This document shows positions 46,442 through 55,845 of a stretch of 64,000 nt of DNA, in pieces. Position 1 is the first letter of the stretch, and each line of letters opens with the position of its first letter. A model generated the notes under the pieces. It worked only from the letters and a program-made list of their open reading frames with translations. It ran no database searches and was not told the DNA's origin. The translations under genes and the position numbers were made by a program. Source of the DNA: an uncultured bacterium (GTDB taxonomy: Bacteria; Auribacterota; Erginobacteria; Erginobacterales; Erginobacteraceae); the NCBI GenBank assembly GCA_963822585.1, contig CAWGIE010000031.1:224001-288000 (forward strand), given 5' to 3'.

Positions 46442-47964
46442 GGGGAATGTTTTTTTAATACAACCAACGTATTATATATATAATAAATCATTGAATTAAC
46501 AACCATTATAATTATTATCCATCTGAGCCAGAGGATGCAATATTTGGCGAAATATGTTTCGAATTGAGCCAAAATCGGAAGAGCGAGAATATATACAATA
46601 ATGCCGTCACTGCGGTAAAATACTAACCGCTCAACTAATGCCAGAAATACAGACAGAATGCCGGCCCCTATAATTACGCCAATGATTCCACCGTCAGCAT
46701 AGATAGAAGAAAAAATAGTAACTGTCTGATCGCGATGAGCCAACTCAAAATGCTGGAGAATTTCCCCTTCAGATCCCCAGGTCGGTTTCCCGGGCCAGAG
46801 AATCCGTGGGACGGTTTTGAGACTGACCAGCCAATTGTGTCTTCCGGACATAAAAGGAATATTATAATTCAGGTGAGCATTCATTACGGCCGCCGGAAAA
46901 TCAAGCCCGGTAACTCGTTTTTTCAAGTTTTGTATTAATAGGTTCCCAGCCCGGGAAATGTGAGTTAATTGCTCGGACTCGATAATAGACCTGGTGCGAA
47001 TAAGGATACTTTTTTCTTCTTGCCGGTACCTTTGCACCGATCTGTCACTCGTTCCGACGACTTTAACTATCCAGATGAGCATGAATAATCCCACCACAAT
47101 CACACCGGTTGTAATAACCGATTTAAATTTAAATCCTTTTCCGGAAAACAAGCCATAAGTCAAAGCCGCTATCAGGGAAGAGTAAAACAACATTCTCCTG
47201 CTTTGAAAGGCAAAAAATTGTGGAAGGAGAAGAAGAAGAAGAATGACACCCAACAGGAACTTTCCACCTAATTTCTTTTGGCGGATAATCAACATACCTA
47301 TCATTATCCAGCTTATGTTCAGCAGATAATGACTGGACTTGGCCAGAATATTCGCCCCTTCTTCATCGGCCCCAACAAAGGTAAATGAATGCATAACATA
47401 GGTTCTGGTCATATAAACAAAAACAGCCGTGCAGATAACATACCAGGTTAAGGCATAGGAAGAAAAAACACGCTGAATCCTGTATGAAAAAAAATTATTA
47501 TGCGCGGATTGGAGATACTCGTTCACCGATAACCACTTAATCATGATTCGATAAATATAATCAAAGATCCATAAACCGGCCGTAAATATAAGCAGCACGG
47601 GCAGATAAAATTCTTTTGCCCCATAGTTAATGACATATTGATCCGGATCGGCGAATATAAACAAGTTCCCAATTCCAAAATAGACAAATCCGTGCAGGAG
47701 TATGATCGTGTGGGGAGATAGATAGCAGAATATTCCCGGGTGAACGGGACTGGTCCACCACCTGAAACAGACTATAGTCAACAGAAGCATACAGATGGAG
47801 AACTGGATAACCAGCATACTATCCCGAAATGGGTTGAGGATAAACAGGCAGACAATACCAAGACCCACCGCGCTCCAGTAAATACACATTTTCCTTCTGG
47901 AAATAATGTCATCAGCGGGAAAATGAAGATTATTTTCAGGTCCATTCATATTTTTCCCGGGCAC
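46438..47964 (-). CDS. wzy: Probable Wzy-type polymerase
   Basis: About 10-12 TM segments, QSRR, VPR.LWP.KP, YADGG; position among GTs and wzx. Confidence 0.65.
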   Translation of the reverse strand: MPGKNMNGPENNLHFPADDIISRRKMCIYWSAVGLGIVCLFILNPFRDSMLVIQFSICMLLLTIVCFRWWTSPVHPGIFCYLSPHTIILLHGFVYFGIGNLFIFADPDQYVINYGAKEFYLPVLLIFTAGLWIFDYIYRIMIKWLSVNEYLQSAHNNFFSYRIQRVFSSYALTWYVICTAVFVYMTRTYVMHSFTFVGADEEGANILAKSSHYLLNISWIMIGMLIIRQKKLGGKFLLGVILLLLLLPQFFAFQSRRMLFYSSLIAALTYGLFSGKGFKFKSVITTGVIVVGLFMLIWIVKVVGTSDRSVQRYRQEEKSILIRTRSIIESEQLTHISRAGNLLIQNLKKRVTGLDFPAAVMNAHLNYNIPFMSGRHNWLVSLKTVPRILWPGKPTWGSEGEILQHFELAHRDQTVTIFSSIYADGGIIGVIIGAGILSVFLALVERLVFYRSDGIIVYILALPILAQFETYFAKYCILWLRWIIIIMVVNSMIYYIYNTLVVLKKHSP

Positions 47965-49130
47965 CCTTTGTCCCCCCCACGAAATCCCTCAGACAATATC
48001 CGGCTGTATTGCTCGAAAACAACCTCACCATAATCATCCCAGCTGAATTTGTCGTTCGCCTTTCTTCGGGCAGCACGACCCATTTCCGCGCAGACCTCTC
48101 GATTTTGATAAAGAAAAACCAGCCGCTCCTTCAAAGCGTCAAGATCACACACGGGGATAATAAACCCTTCCTTCCCATCTTCAATAATGTCCTCTCCCCC
48201 CGAGTTGGTTGTGCATATAATCGGAAGGCCGCAAGCCATCGCCTGAACCTGGACCATGGCCAGACCTTCCTGGAGCGTGGGAATTACAAAAACCGATCCC
48301 TGTGAATAATAGCGGTACAGCTCTTTTTCCGGTTTATGGCCAAGCCAGGTATAATTCCCCGCATATTTTTTTAAAAACGGCTTAATCGAGTCGGTAATAC
48401 CGCCTATCAACCATACCTCTGATCGGGAGAGTCGCAGCTCTGAGAAGGCCTGAAGTAGATAATGAATCCCTTTCTGAATACTGATCCGTCCGGCATAGAT
48501 TATTCTGAAGATGTCATCTTCTTTGGGTATGGGCCGAAACAGAGAGAGGTCGACACCAGGGGTGCTTTGAATGATCCGCTCGGCCGGAATACCTTTTTCC
48601 TGAAATGTTCTCCGGGCAAACGAACTGAGAACTTCAATGTAATCCGCTTCTTCATATTCCTGCAGTTCTTTCTCCACTATTTTATCCGCAGGCAGATCCG
48701 GGGCCAATCCCAGTTTTTCATACTCCTGACGTAATATATCCCGTTGATAGATAATATGGGCGCTTCCTCTCTGGATGATGGTGATAGCTCCCAGTGCTCT
48801 GGCGCGGCGCATGGTATGAAGGGAAAAGCTGGACCACCCGATGAAAATATCGCATTCACTGACTATTTTCGCGGCCCGGCGGTCAAAAAGATCGCTGACC
48901 AAGAACCGGATATCGTAAAAAGAACGGAAAGAAGCAGGTAGTTTTTGCCAGCTTCTGAATAGAATCTCTTTAATAATAATCGATCGGACCTTTTCGGAGG
49001 GGAGGCCATATTTTCGGGCCCAGAAACGCGGGTAAGACGTTATTATTTCCTTCAGGGCATTTCGTCGCAATAACTGCTGGGCCAGAAAAAATGCATGGAA
49101 GCGCCCGCCTACACTGATAACAATCTTCAC
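47946..49130 (-). CDS. GT4 glycosyltransferase
   Basis: GRFHAF.LA, GSAH, E..EY..AD, GVD...F, G.....KG, EGLA.V..QAMACGLP. Confidence 0.88.
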   Translation of the reverse strand: MKIVISVGGRFHAFFLAQQLLRRNALKEIITSYPRFWARKYGLPSEKVRSIIIKEILFRSWQKLPASFRSFYDIRFLVSDLFDRRAAKIVSECDIFIGWSSFSLHTMRRARALGAITIIQRGSAHIIYQRDILRQEYEKLGLAPDLPADKIVEKELQEYEEADYIEVLSSFARRTFQEKGIPAERIIQSTPGVDLSLFRPIPKEDDIFRIIYAGRISIQKGIHYLLQAFSELRLSRSEVWLIGGITDSIKPFLKKYAGNYTWLGHKPEKELYRYYSQGSVFVIPTLQEGLAMVQVQAMACGLPIICTTNSGGEDIIEDGKEGFIIPVCDLDALKERLVFLYQNREVCAEMGRAARRKANDKFSWDDYGEVVFEQYSRILSEGFRGGDKGCPGKI

Positions 49131-49156
49131 AATATCGGTCTCTTTACAATAATGAT

Positions 49157-50731
49157 TTAATCCAGGTACCCTAACGCCTTCAAGCGATTTCTGACTTCTT
49201 TCTCCTGTTGGTTATTCCACCGGAAAGCTTGAGGCGTCTTGAAATTATATGAGCTAAACTTTATCTTACTTTCCGCCGGTACACTTCCCGGCTGGAAAAT
49301 ATCAATTAATACCTTTCCATCAACTTCTTCCGGCAACGGTAATCCCTGGAGGTGATAAATGGTCGGGGCGATATCATATATTTCGGCGTTTAGCTTCAAA
49401 CCATTCTTTATGTCCGGGCCTTTGGCCATAAATATTCCTTCCATACGGTGAGCCGGACCGGGAAGTCCCCCTGAAGGGATCTTTTTGATTACTTTATCGG
49501 CTAATACTTCCTGCCCTGAATATGAGTCCGTGAATACAATAACGATCTCCGGGATCTGATCGGCATACGGGCCCCGGTAAATTTCTTCCCGCAAAAATAT
49601 TCCTTGGAATAACTTTCCTGCGCCGGCATTTCGTTCCAGGTCATGCAAACCATCAATTATATATTTTCGTAATTTCCGGCTTTCCTCCCGGTCTGAATCC
49701 CGGATATTTATTTTAATATAGCCGGTATTATAATCACCCGATATATACACCGCGCGGGTATCTGCCCAGTCCACCTGGTTGGACTTCAACCTGGTTGTAA
49801 TCAATAATTTTTCTTTCAAGCGCGGGGAAGTATTCTGTTTTATCAGGCGGGCGCCGGGAAGTTTCCCCGCAGTGCGTAGGTGACTCCCGATAAAATTCCG
49901 GAGCCTATACATTACTCTATCTTTTGAATGTAATAAGCCGCGGCCTTTCAGCCAGGTATTTAGGTACAGATAGTTCCGCGTCTGCTTGCCGAATCCATGA
50001 TCGGAGATAATAAAAATTACGGTTGAAGAGGGTAACGTCCTTTCCAGGCGGCAAAAATAATCATCCACATATGTAAAATACCGAAGAATCTGTTCTTTTC
50101 CCTTCTCCCCCCGATTGAAGAAAAAATGCTGGATCCAATCTGTGCCGGAAAGAACAAATGTGAAAAAATCCCAGGGTTCTTCATGGAGAAAATATGAGAG
50201 GGCTTTGAACTGACAATGAGTAAAAGAGTATAAATTTTTAAGAAAATATTCCGGAGAAGCTTCGTATTTTTTGAAATTCAATGCCGGCCGATATCCCGGA
50301 GGAAGAGATCGCTTCAATTCAACCGGATAAGTGTAATTTTCTGCCGCACTCGGCGTTAAAAATCCCGAAACCATGAATCCGTTAACCCGGTTGGGGGGAT
50401 AGGTCAGGGGAACCGCCATGACCCCTACTTTTTTCCGGTGATAACTAAATATGTCCCATATTCTAGGGACAGTGATATGAGTGGAATTAACTATTGAGTT
50501 TTCCCCACCCTTACTTTTTTCTTCAAAACCAATAATCCCGGTTTTGCCGGGATTCATCCCGCTCATAGCGGAGCTCCAGGCCGGACCGGTGATTGGCGGA
50601 ATCGTGCTCGATAAACGTCCAAACACACCTTCCTCGATAACCCGGCTTAAAAATGGCAATTCGGATCGATGTTCCTCGATAAAAAAAGGATCAGCACCGT
50701 CAAGCCCAAGCAATAGAATTTTCGGCGTCAT
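49157..50731 (-). CDS. AlkP superfamily protein (nucleotide pyrophosphatase/phosphodiesterase-like)
   Basis: LLLGLDGA, STIPP.T.PAW.S..SG.NPGK.GI, D.IQH, ISDHGFG, H...GIF, DIAPT; ends RLKALGYLD. Confidence 0.85.
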   Translation of the reverse strand: MTPKILLLGLDGADPFFIEEHRSELPFLSRVIEEGVFGRLSSTIPPITGPAWSSAMSGMNPGKTGIIGFEEKSKGGENSIVNSTHITVPRIWDIFSYHRKKVGVMAVPLTYPPNRVNGFMVSGFLTPSAAENYTYPVELKRSLPPGYRPALNFKKYEASPEYFLKNLYSFTHCQFKALSYFLHEEPWDFFTFVLSGTDWIQHFFFNRGEKGKEQILRYFTYVDDYFCRLERTLPSSTVIFIISDHGFGKQTRNYLYLNTWLKGRGLLHSKDRVMYRLRNFIGSHLRTAGKLPGARLIKQNTSPRLKEKLLITTRLKSNQVDWADTRAVYISGDYNTGYIKINIRDSDREESRKLRKYIIDGLHDLERNAGAGKLFQGIFLREEIYRGPYADQIPEIVIVFTDSYSGQEVLADKVIKKIPSGGLPGPAHRMEGIFMAKGPDIKNGLKLNAEIYDIAPTIYHLQGLPLPEEVDGKVLIDIFQPGSVPAESKIKFSSYNFKTPQAFRWNNQQEKEVRNRLKALGYLD

Positions 50732-50739
50732 AATAACTT

Positions 50740-52176
50740 TTATTTCCGAGCAAATGCTTCTTTGTATTTAAAGAAATCAGACATAATCTGTCGTTTTCCC
50801 AATAAAAGCAATATGATCAGATATATCGCCAGAAATATGATTACTTCTATGAAAATTGCCGGAATAGATGAAGCCATAGTAAGTTTACACCCAATCCAGC
50901 CCGTCAGAGCCGCGGCCGGTCCGGCAGCTAAAAATATTGGCAACAGGTTTCGAATTAGTCTGGTAGGAAGGATTTCCCGGGTTTTATGATAAATAACACC
51001 GGCCCCGGTGAATTGAACAATAGTCAAGGTTAGTACCGCACCCCGGTTGCCGAACAGATAAACCAGCGGTATTATAAGCAGGATAAATATAAAAGTCTGA
51101 ATCCTCACGGCATTGAGAAGGTTTTCCGGGAGGCCCATAGCTAAGTGAACATGCTTATTTAAAGCAATGAACGGAACGGCGAGAGACCAGGGAAGAGAAA
51201 GAACCATTAAAGGCGCACTGGCCGCCCAATTAGAACCGAACAAAACATCCACAATTTCACGGGCCAGTAAAGCCTGGAGGACGGAAAATGGAACAATAAT
51301 TCTAAACATATTACGCAAAATAAAATCAAATGCACTTGCTTTGTTATCTATCGACACGCTTTTGCGTGAAAACGTAGCCAGAATAACCTGATTAATAGGC
51401 ATCATAACCAGCGCATGGAGAGTTCTGGTAAATCTCCAGGCCATACTATATATTCCCAAAGAAGCCGCGCCGATCAATGTACCAACCACGATATAATCTC
51501 CCTGATTTATTATTTGATTGAGGATGGAGGAGTAAAATATCTTGCGACCGAAAGAGAAAAACCACCGGATCGTTTTTCTCTCCCACTTTAACCGAGGGCG
51601 GTAGGAAGAAAAAATTGAGATGCCTATTGCGGGGAGCACCAGGGACAGAGATTGAAACAGAATCAGAGACCACAGACCACAGCCGATGCCGGCGGCTCCG
51701 ATCCCCAAACATGAGGCGAGAAAGGCTCCCCCCAGATCAATTATCCCCATTCTTTTTAAAGACAGCGACCTGACCATAACCGCGCGGGGGACGGTGGACA
51801 TAATACCCAGCAATTTCGGAAAAAAGAGGATCAGGAAAACCTTGATCTCCAGGGGAGAATAGACTTGACTTAATCCAAACAGGAGCAGAGGAAGGGCAAG
51901 CAGAAGTGCCAGGCAATAGATACCTGTCAGGGTAAATAAATTATCGGCAAGTTGATTGTCCCCCTCCTTCTCCTGGACGATAGCCGCGTCCACCCCCCAA
52001 CTTCCCAGGAGGCCTACAAATTCCAGGACTGTGGCCGCCAGAACCACCACTCCGAAAATTTCGGGAAGAAGCAGGCGGGCCAGAATGATCTGGACTAAAA
52101 ATCTCAGCCCGAAGACGCAGTTATTGAGCAAGGTCAGAAATGTGGTCTCTTTAATCGCTTTTTGCCCCAGGCTCAC
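50740..52176 (-). CDS. wzx: Wzx flippase (WzxC-like)
   Basis: ILARLL.PE.FG, G.WSL, FSFG, D...VG..G...LG.Y..A, LFG..W; multi-TM. Confidence 0.88.
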   Translation of the reverse strand: MSLGQKAIKETTFLTLLNNCVFGLRFLVQIILARLLLPEIFGVVVLAATVLEFVGLLGSWGVDAAIVQEKEGDNQLADNLFTLTGIYCLALLLALPLLLFGLSQVYSPLEIKVFLILFFPKLLGIMSTVPRAVMVRSLSLKRMGIIDLGGAFLASCLGIGAAGIGCGLWSLILFQSLSLVLPAIGISIFSSYRPRLKWERKTIRWFFSFGRKIFYSSILNQIINQGDYIVVGTLIGAASLGIYSMAWRFTRTLHALVMMPINQVILATFSRKSVSIDNKASAFDFILRNMFRIIVPFSVLQALLAREIVDVLFGSNWAASAPLMVLSLPWSLAVPFIALNKHVHLAMGLPENLLNAVRIQTFIFILLIIPLVYLFGNRGAVLTLTIVQFTGAGVIYHKTREILPTRLIRNLLPIFLAAGPAAALTGWIGCKLTMASSIPAIFIEVIIFLAIYLIILLLLGKRQIMSDFFKYKEAFARK

Positions 52177-53255
52177 TTTATAAATCCCGATTGCCCGGCG
52201 CAGATTTTAAGCAAAGTATTAACCCGGTCCCGAATAGTGTGTCTGCCGGCTCTAACCTTCTTTAATCCGGCGATGGCAATCTTCTCCCGTTCCCGGTCAT
52301 GATGAAGATAATAACGGACCTTGTCCCGGAGTTCCTCCCCGGAGGTAAATGTGACTATTTCCCTCCCTTCATCGAAGTGCTCCATGAGTTCCTCCGATCG
52401 CTGGGAAAGAACAAAGACTCCACAGGCCGGCAGCTCAAATGCCCGTGGGTTGAGGGTATCTCGATTTTCCTTCCGGAGAAAATTAAGAGCGATCCTGCTG
52501 GAATTTGCGGCTTTGGAAAAATCCATCTCCTGGTTGGAGAGGCAATACGGTTTCCGATAACATTTTCTCAGAGCAGCGGAAACCTTCCATTTATTCCATC
52601 CCCGTCCCCAGATAGATAGGGACAGATCAGCTATCATTTCCATCTCCCGGGCTCTTCCCGTTTCATAATTGCCGATAAAAACCACGTCGCTGAAGTAACG
52701 ATCATACTCATCCCGGGTGGGCTGTATCGGAATATATAGGGAGGAATCATAGCCGAAAGGCAGATAGTGAACTTCCCGTGCCCCTCTTGCTCGCAATTCC
52801 GGTACGTTTATTTTTTTAGTTGGAAAAAAATAGTGATAATACGGGATAGCGGCTTCCAAATCAAAGAATCGATTGCCGGCGGCCCGGGAAAAATAATCAT
52901 CATGATTGATATTGATAATCGTCGGGGCCCGGGGTTGTTCTGATATTTCCCGTAAAGTTTCAGGGAAAATTTCCACTCCTTTGGCTATGACCAAACTGGT
53001 CGGTTTGAATTGAACAACGTTCTTGATAAGTTCCCGATTATACCGAATGAGTTTAGATTTTCTGGTCAGCCGGTTGATAATTTTTGACGAGAGTGAGAAT
53101 GAAAATGGGAAATAAGCTCGCCGATTAAATAACATCACCCGATAACCGAAACTGCTGAAAGCTCGGGCATAACTCTGGCCGGCGGCACACAGACCGACAG
53201 GGGCTACAATGACCACTCTTTTTGCCTTACCTGGAGTATTCATGGTGTGAATCAT
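52173..53255 (-). CDS. CgeB-like glycosyltransferase (Glyco_trans_1_2)
   Basis: DVVFIG.YE..R, IWG.GW, IALNFLR..NRD..N.R.FELPACG.F, F.EG.E. Confidence 0.85.
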   Translation of the reverse strand: MIHTMNTPGKAKRVVIVAPVGLCAAGQSYARAFSSFGYRVMLFNRRAYFPFSFSLSSKIINRLTRKSKLIRYNRELIKNVVQFKPTSLVIAKGVEIFPETLREISEQPRAPTIININHDDYFSRAAGNRFFDLEAAIPYYHYFFPTKKINVPELRARGAREVHYLPFGYDSSLYIPIQPTRDEYDRYFSDVVFIGNYETGRAREMEMIADLSLSIWGRGWNKWKVSAALRKCYRKPYCLSNQEMDFSKAANSSRIALNFLRKENRDTLNPRAFELPACGVFVLSQRSEELMEHFDEGREIVTFTSGEELRDKVRYYLHHDREREKIAIAGLKKVRAGRHTIRDRVNTLLKICAGQSGFIK

Positions 53256-54145
53256 AACTCCGGGGAACGCTCCTCTGGATATGCCAGGAGATGATACGTT
53301 TCCCAGTTGTCGGGGATCATAACCGGACTCATCATTTTTTCTATATCGAAAAAGATATAGTCGTGATTATCCAGTTTTCGCCAGACGGCAGTTCCCAGCT
53401 CCGGTCTATGAATTTCGCATACGATTATCGGCCTGACTACTGACAACAACCGGGGCATCCCCTCCACAATTCTCTCTTCCTCCCCTTCAGTGTCGATCTT
53501 GATGACCGCCGGCGGCTGATGACCCTGGTTAAAAACAAACTCATCCAGGGAGAGAATTTTTACGCTTCGCAGCGAGGAATTGACTTCCCCCCCCCAGTCG
53601 GAATCAGGAGATGAATAAATCAGATGTCCCTGCGCTGACTCGCCTTGATTCCCAAATACACCCCTCCCCTTTTTATTTGAAAGAGCAACCGGATAAACCT
53701 CAATATTTTTCAACCCGTTGAGATCGATATGCTTCAAGATACGACTGTAATTTAGAGGATCCGGCTCGAAAGCAAAAACTCTTCCCGTCGGTCCGCAAAG
53801 CAGAGAGAAGAGAAGACTGAAATACCCGATATGGGCTCCGATATCGTACGCTACAGTGCCGGGGCTGACTACCTGCTGCAGACATGACTGGATACGGGGT
53901 TCATAGGTGGCCAGCCAATAATATTTCTCGTTATAAATATTAATCTCCAGCTTGAAATTTTTTAAAGGGCCGGCGGAGATGGTACGAATTTTGACGGTCT
54001 CCGGATCCAGAAGCCGGTTCAATACCTTCTGCAAACAAACATGCAGGAAGGGGATCCGGTAGAACTTGCCTCTCATTTTAGCGGGAATCAGTTCTATCAG
54101 CTTGGAAACTATTTTATCAATTGAACCGGGATTAAACATCCTCAT
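53252..54145 (-). CDS. FkbM-family methyltransferase
   Basis: YEP, DIGAHIGYFS, GRVFAFEP, SLD, IKIDTEG.E. Confidence 0.9.
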   Translation of the reverse strand: MRMFNPGSIDKIVSKLIELIPAKMRGKFYRIPFLHVCLQKVLNRLLDPETVKIRTISAGPLKNFKLEINIYNEKYYWLATYEPRIQSCLQQVVSPGTVAYDIGAHIGYFSLLFSLLCGPTGRVFAFEPDPLNYSRILKHIDLNGLKNIEVYPVALSNKKGRGVFGNQGESAQGHLIYSSPDSDWGGEVNSSLRSVKILSLDEFVFNQGHQPPAVIKIDTEGEEERIVEGMPRLLSVVRPIIVCEIHRPELGTAVWRKLDNHDYIFFDIEKMMSPVMIPDNWETYHLLAYPEERSPEL

Positions 54146-55656
54146 TAGTTTACCATTTCATCAGTTTCAATTTTCTTTACGGGAGAAATTGTGGTCAGGG
54201 AACAGGATGCCAGCATGAGAAAAAGCAGTGCGTTGGCTGGAATCTTAAGATTAAAGTTAACAATACTATGGAGAAGTATCCCGACAATAGCGGTTGAACT
54301 CCCCACTACGATACACCTTTTTGAAAAACTGAATTTTCCGCTGGAGGGTTGCCCCCGGCGTTCCATGCCGCGGCGCGATTTCAATAGGATTTTAAAAGGG
54401 AGAGCGTAGAAATATAAAATAATAATAAAAAGTACGCTGACTCCTCCCCATATACCCATTTCTGCCAGAAGCTGGATATAATCATTCTCCGCATGAGTAT
54501 AGAAATAGCGGCGGTTCGCGCTTGAGTAATACGGATAAATCTTGATGAAGCTATTCAGACCTGTTCCTAGCACTGGAAAATCCCTGAAGATATTCCAGCT
54601 GTCTCTCCATATGCCCAGTCGTCCCGCTGTGGAAGCACGGGGTTCTTTCAGCGTCATAAATTTATTGAACACCGGATTAAGATCAAAGTAAAGAATCACC
54701 AGCAATGTAAGTATTATCATAAGAATAACGAACCAGGTAATGATTCTTCGGTTGATCAGACGATAGTACCCGGCAAGAAAAATGAAATAAACCATGGAGC
54801 CGAGAAAAGAAATTATTCCTCCCCGGGAGAGAGAGAGTAACAGGGCTATCGCCATAATTACGGCTCCAAACCCGATCAGGAGAATACGGGGATCAGCTTC
54901 TAAAAGTAATTGTTTGAAACCGGCCGGTTTATTATTGACATTTACCAGGACAAGAGAAAGCAATGCCCCCAGCGCGAGCGGGAGAACCATCTGGATGTAG
55001 CCGGCAAAGTGGTTCCGGTTAACATAGGGGCCAAAAGAAGAGCCTGATTTTATCGCTCGCAATCCATATATCTTTCCCGGGCAGGAAAAGTGTTGAAGAA
55101 TTCCAGCCAACGAAATGATAAACCCTATGGTTATGATGATAATAATGAGGGAGGAGATAAAAGCCATCTTCGATTTACCCGGTGGCTGATAGAAGAATAT
55201 AACCGCTGCAATTGCTATCCATGAAAGCAGCTTGAGCAGCTCATTAAACGTTAATCCCGGATAACAGGACAGCGGACGCCAGGAAGAACCGGGGTCGGCG
55301 CCCGAGAGAAGCCAGAATTTATACGTAGCCGGGCTGATTGCCCTGACAATGGAAAGGGGCAGCGGCAGGAGTTGAAGGAGAATACCTGCAAAGAAAAAGC
55401 TCACCGCGAGAAAAAGGGGAACAAGACGAGGAATTTTGAAGACTGAGAGAAGTAATCGCCCGGAATATAATTTCCGGGTTATGTATCCGTATACTATAAA
55501 ACTGGTTAAGACAATACCGCTGATAATTTCGATCCCCGTATACGCCCAGTGTTCAGTAGAACCAAACAACAGAGGAGAAGCAATGATTATTAAAATAATC
55601 CCATTTTCAATAATCCTGCTGCTGATCCGCGCACTTAATTGATAATCCAATTTCAT
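54145..55656 (-). CDS. O-antigen ligase / O-oligosaccharyltransferase family protein
   Basis: FGPYVNRNHFAGY, SLSRGG, R..IW.D....F.DFP..GTG...F, HAENDY.Q.L.E.G, LHS..NFN..IPAN. Confidence 0.85.
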   Translation of the reverse strand: MKLDYQLSARISSRIIENGIILIIIASPLLFGSTEHWAYTGIEIISGIVLTSFIVYGYITRKLYSGRLLLSVFKIPRLVPLFLAVSFFFAGILLQLLPLPLSIVRAISPATYKFWLLSGADPGSSWRPLSCYPGLTFNELLKLLSWIAIAAVIFFYQPPGKSKMAFISSLIIIIITIGFIISLAGILQHFSCPGKIYGLRAIKSGSSFGPYVNRNHFAGYIQMVLPLALGALLSLVLVNVNNKPAGFKQLLLEADPRILLIGFGAVIMAIALLLSLSRGGIISFLGSMVYFIFLAGYYRLINRRIITWFVILMIILTLLVILYFDLNPVFNKFMTLKEPRASTAGRLGIWRDSWNIFRDFPVLGTGLNSFIKIYPYYSSANRRYFYTHAENDYIQLLAEMGIWGGVSVLFIIILYFYALPFKILLKSRRGMERRGQPSSGKFSFSKRCIVVGSSTAIVGILLHSIVNFNLKIPANALLFLMLASCSLTTISPVKKIETDEMVN

Positions 55657-55768
55657 TTAACCTATACTACAATTACTTTTCCTCCGCTGCCATGGAATTT
55701 TGGATAGGATAATCTTGATCGAACAGAGAATTTTCCCCGGTTGATGGAAGTTTTAACGGTGCCGTAAC

Positions 55769-55798
55769 AAAAAAAATAGCGACTCCGGGGAGAGTCGC
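55769..55798 (-). terminator. Rho-independent terminator downstream of the SBBP protein gene
   Basis: Minus strand GCGACTC-TCCCCG-GAGTCGC-TA-T8. Confidence 0.7.
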
Positions 55799-55845
55799 AT
55801 CATTAGACAGTCTGAATACTTATGGCTCTTACTGGCCGCGTCCGG

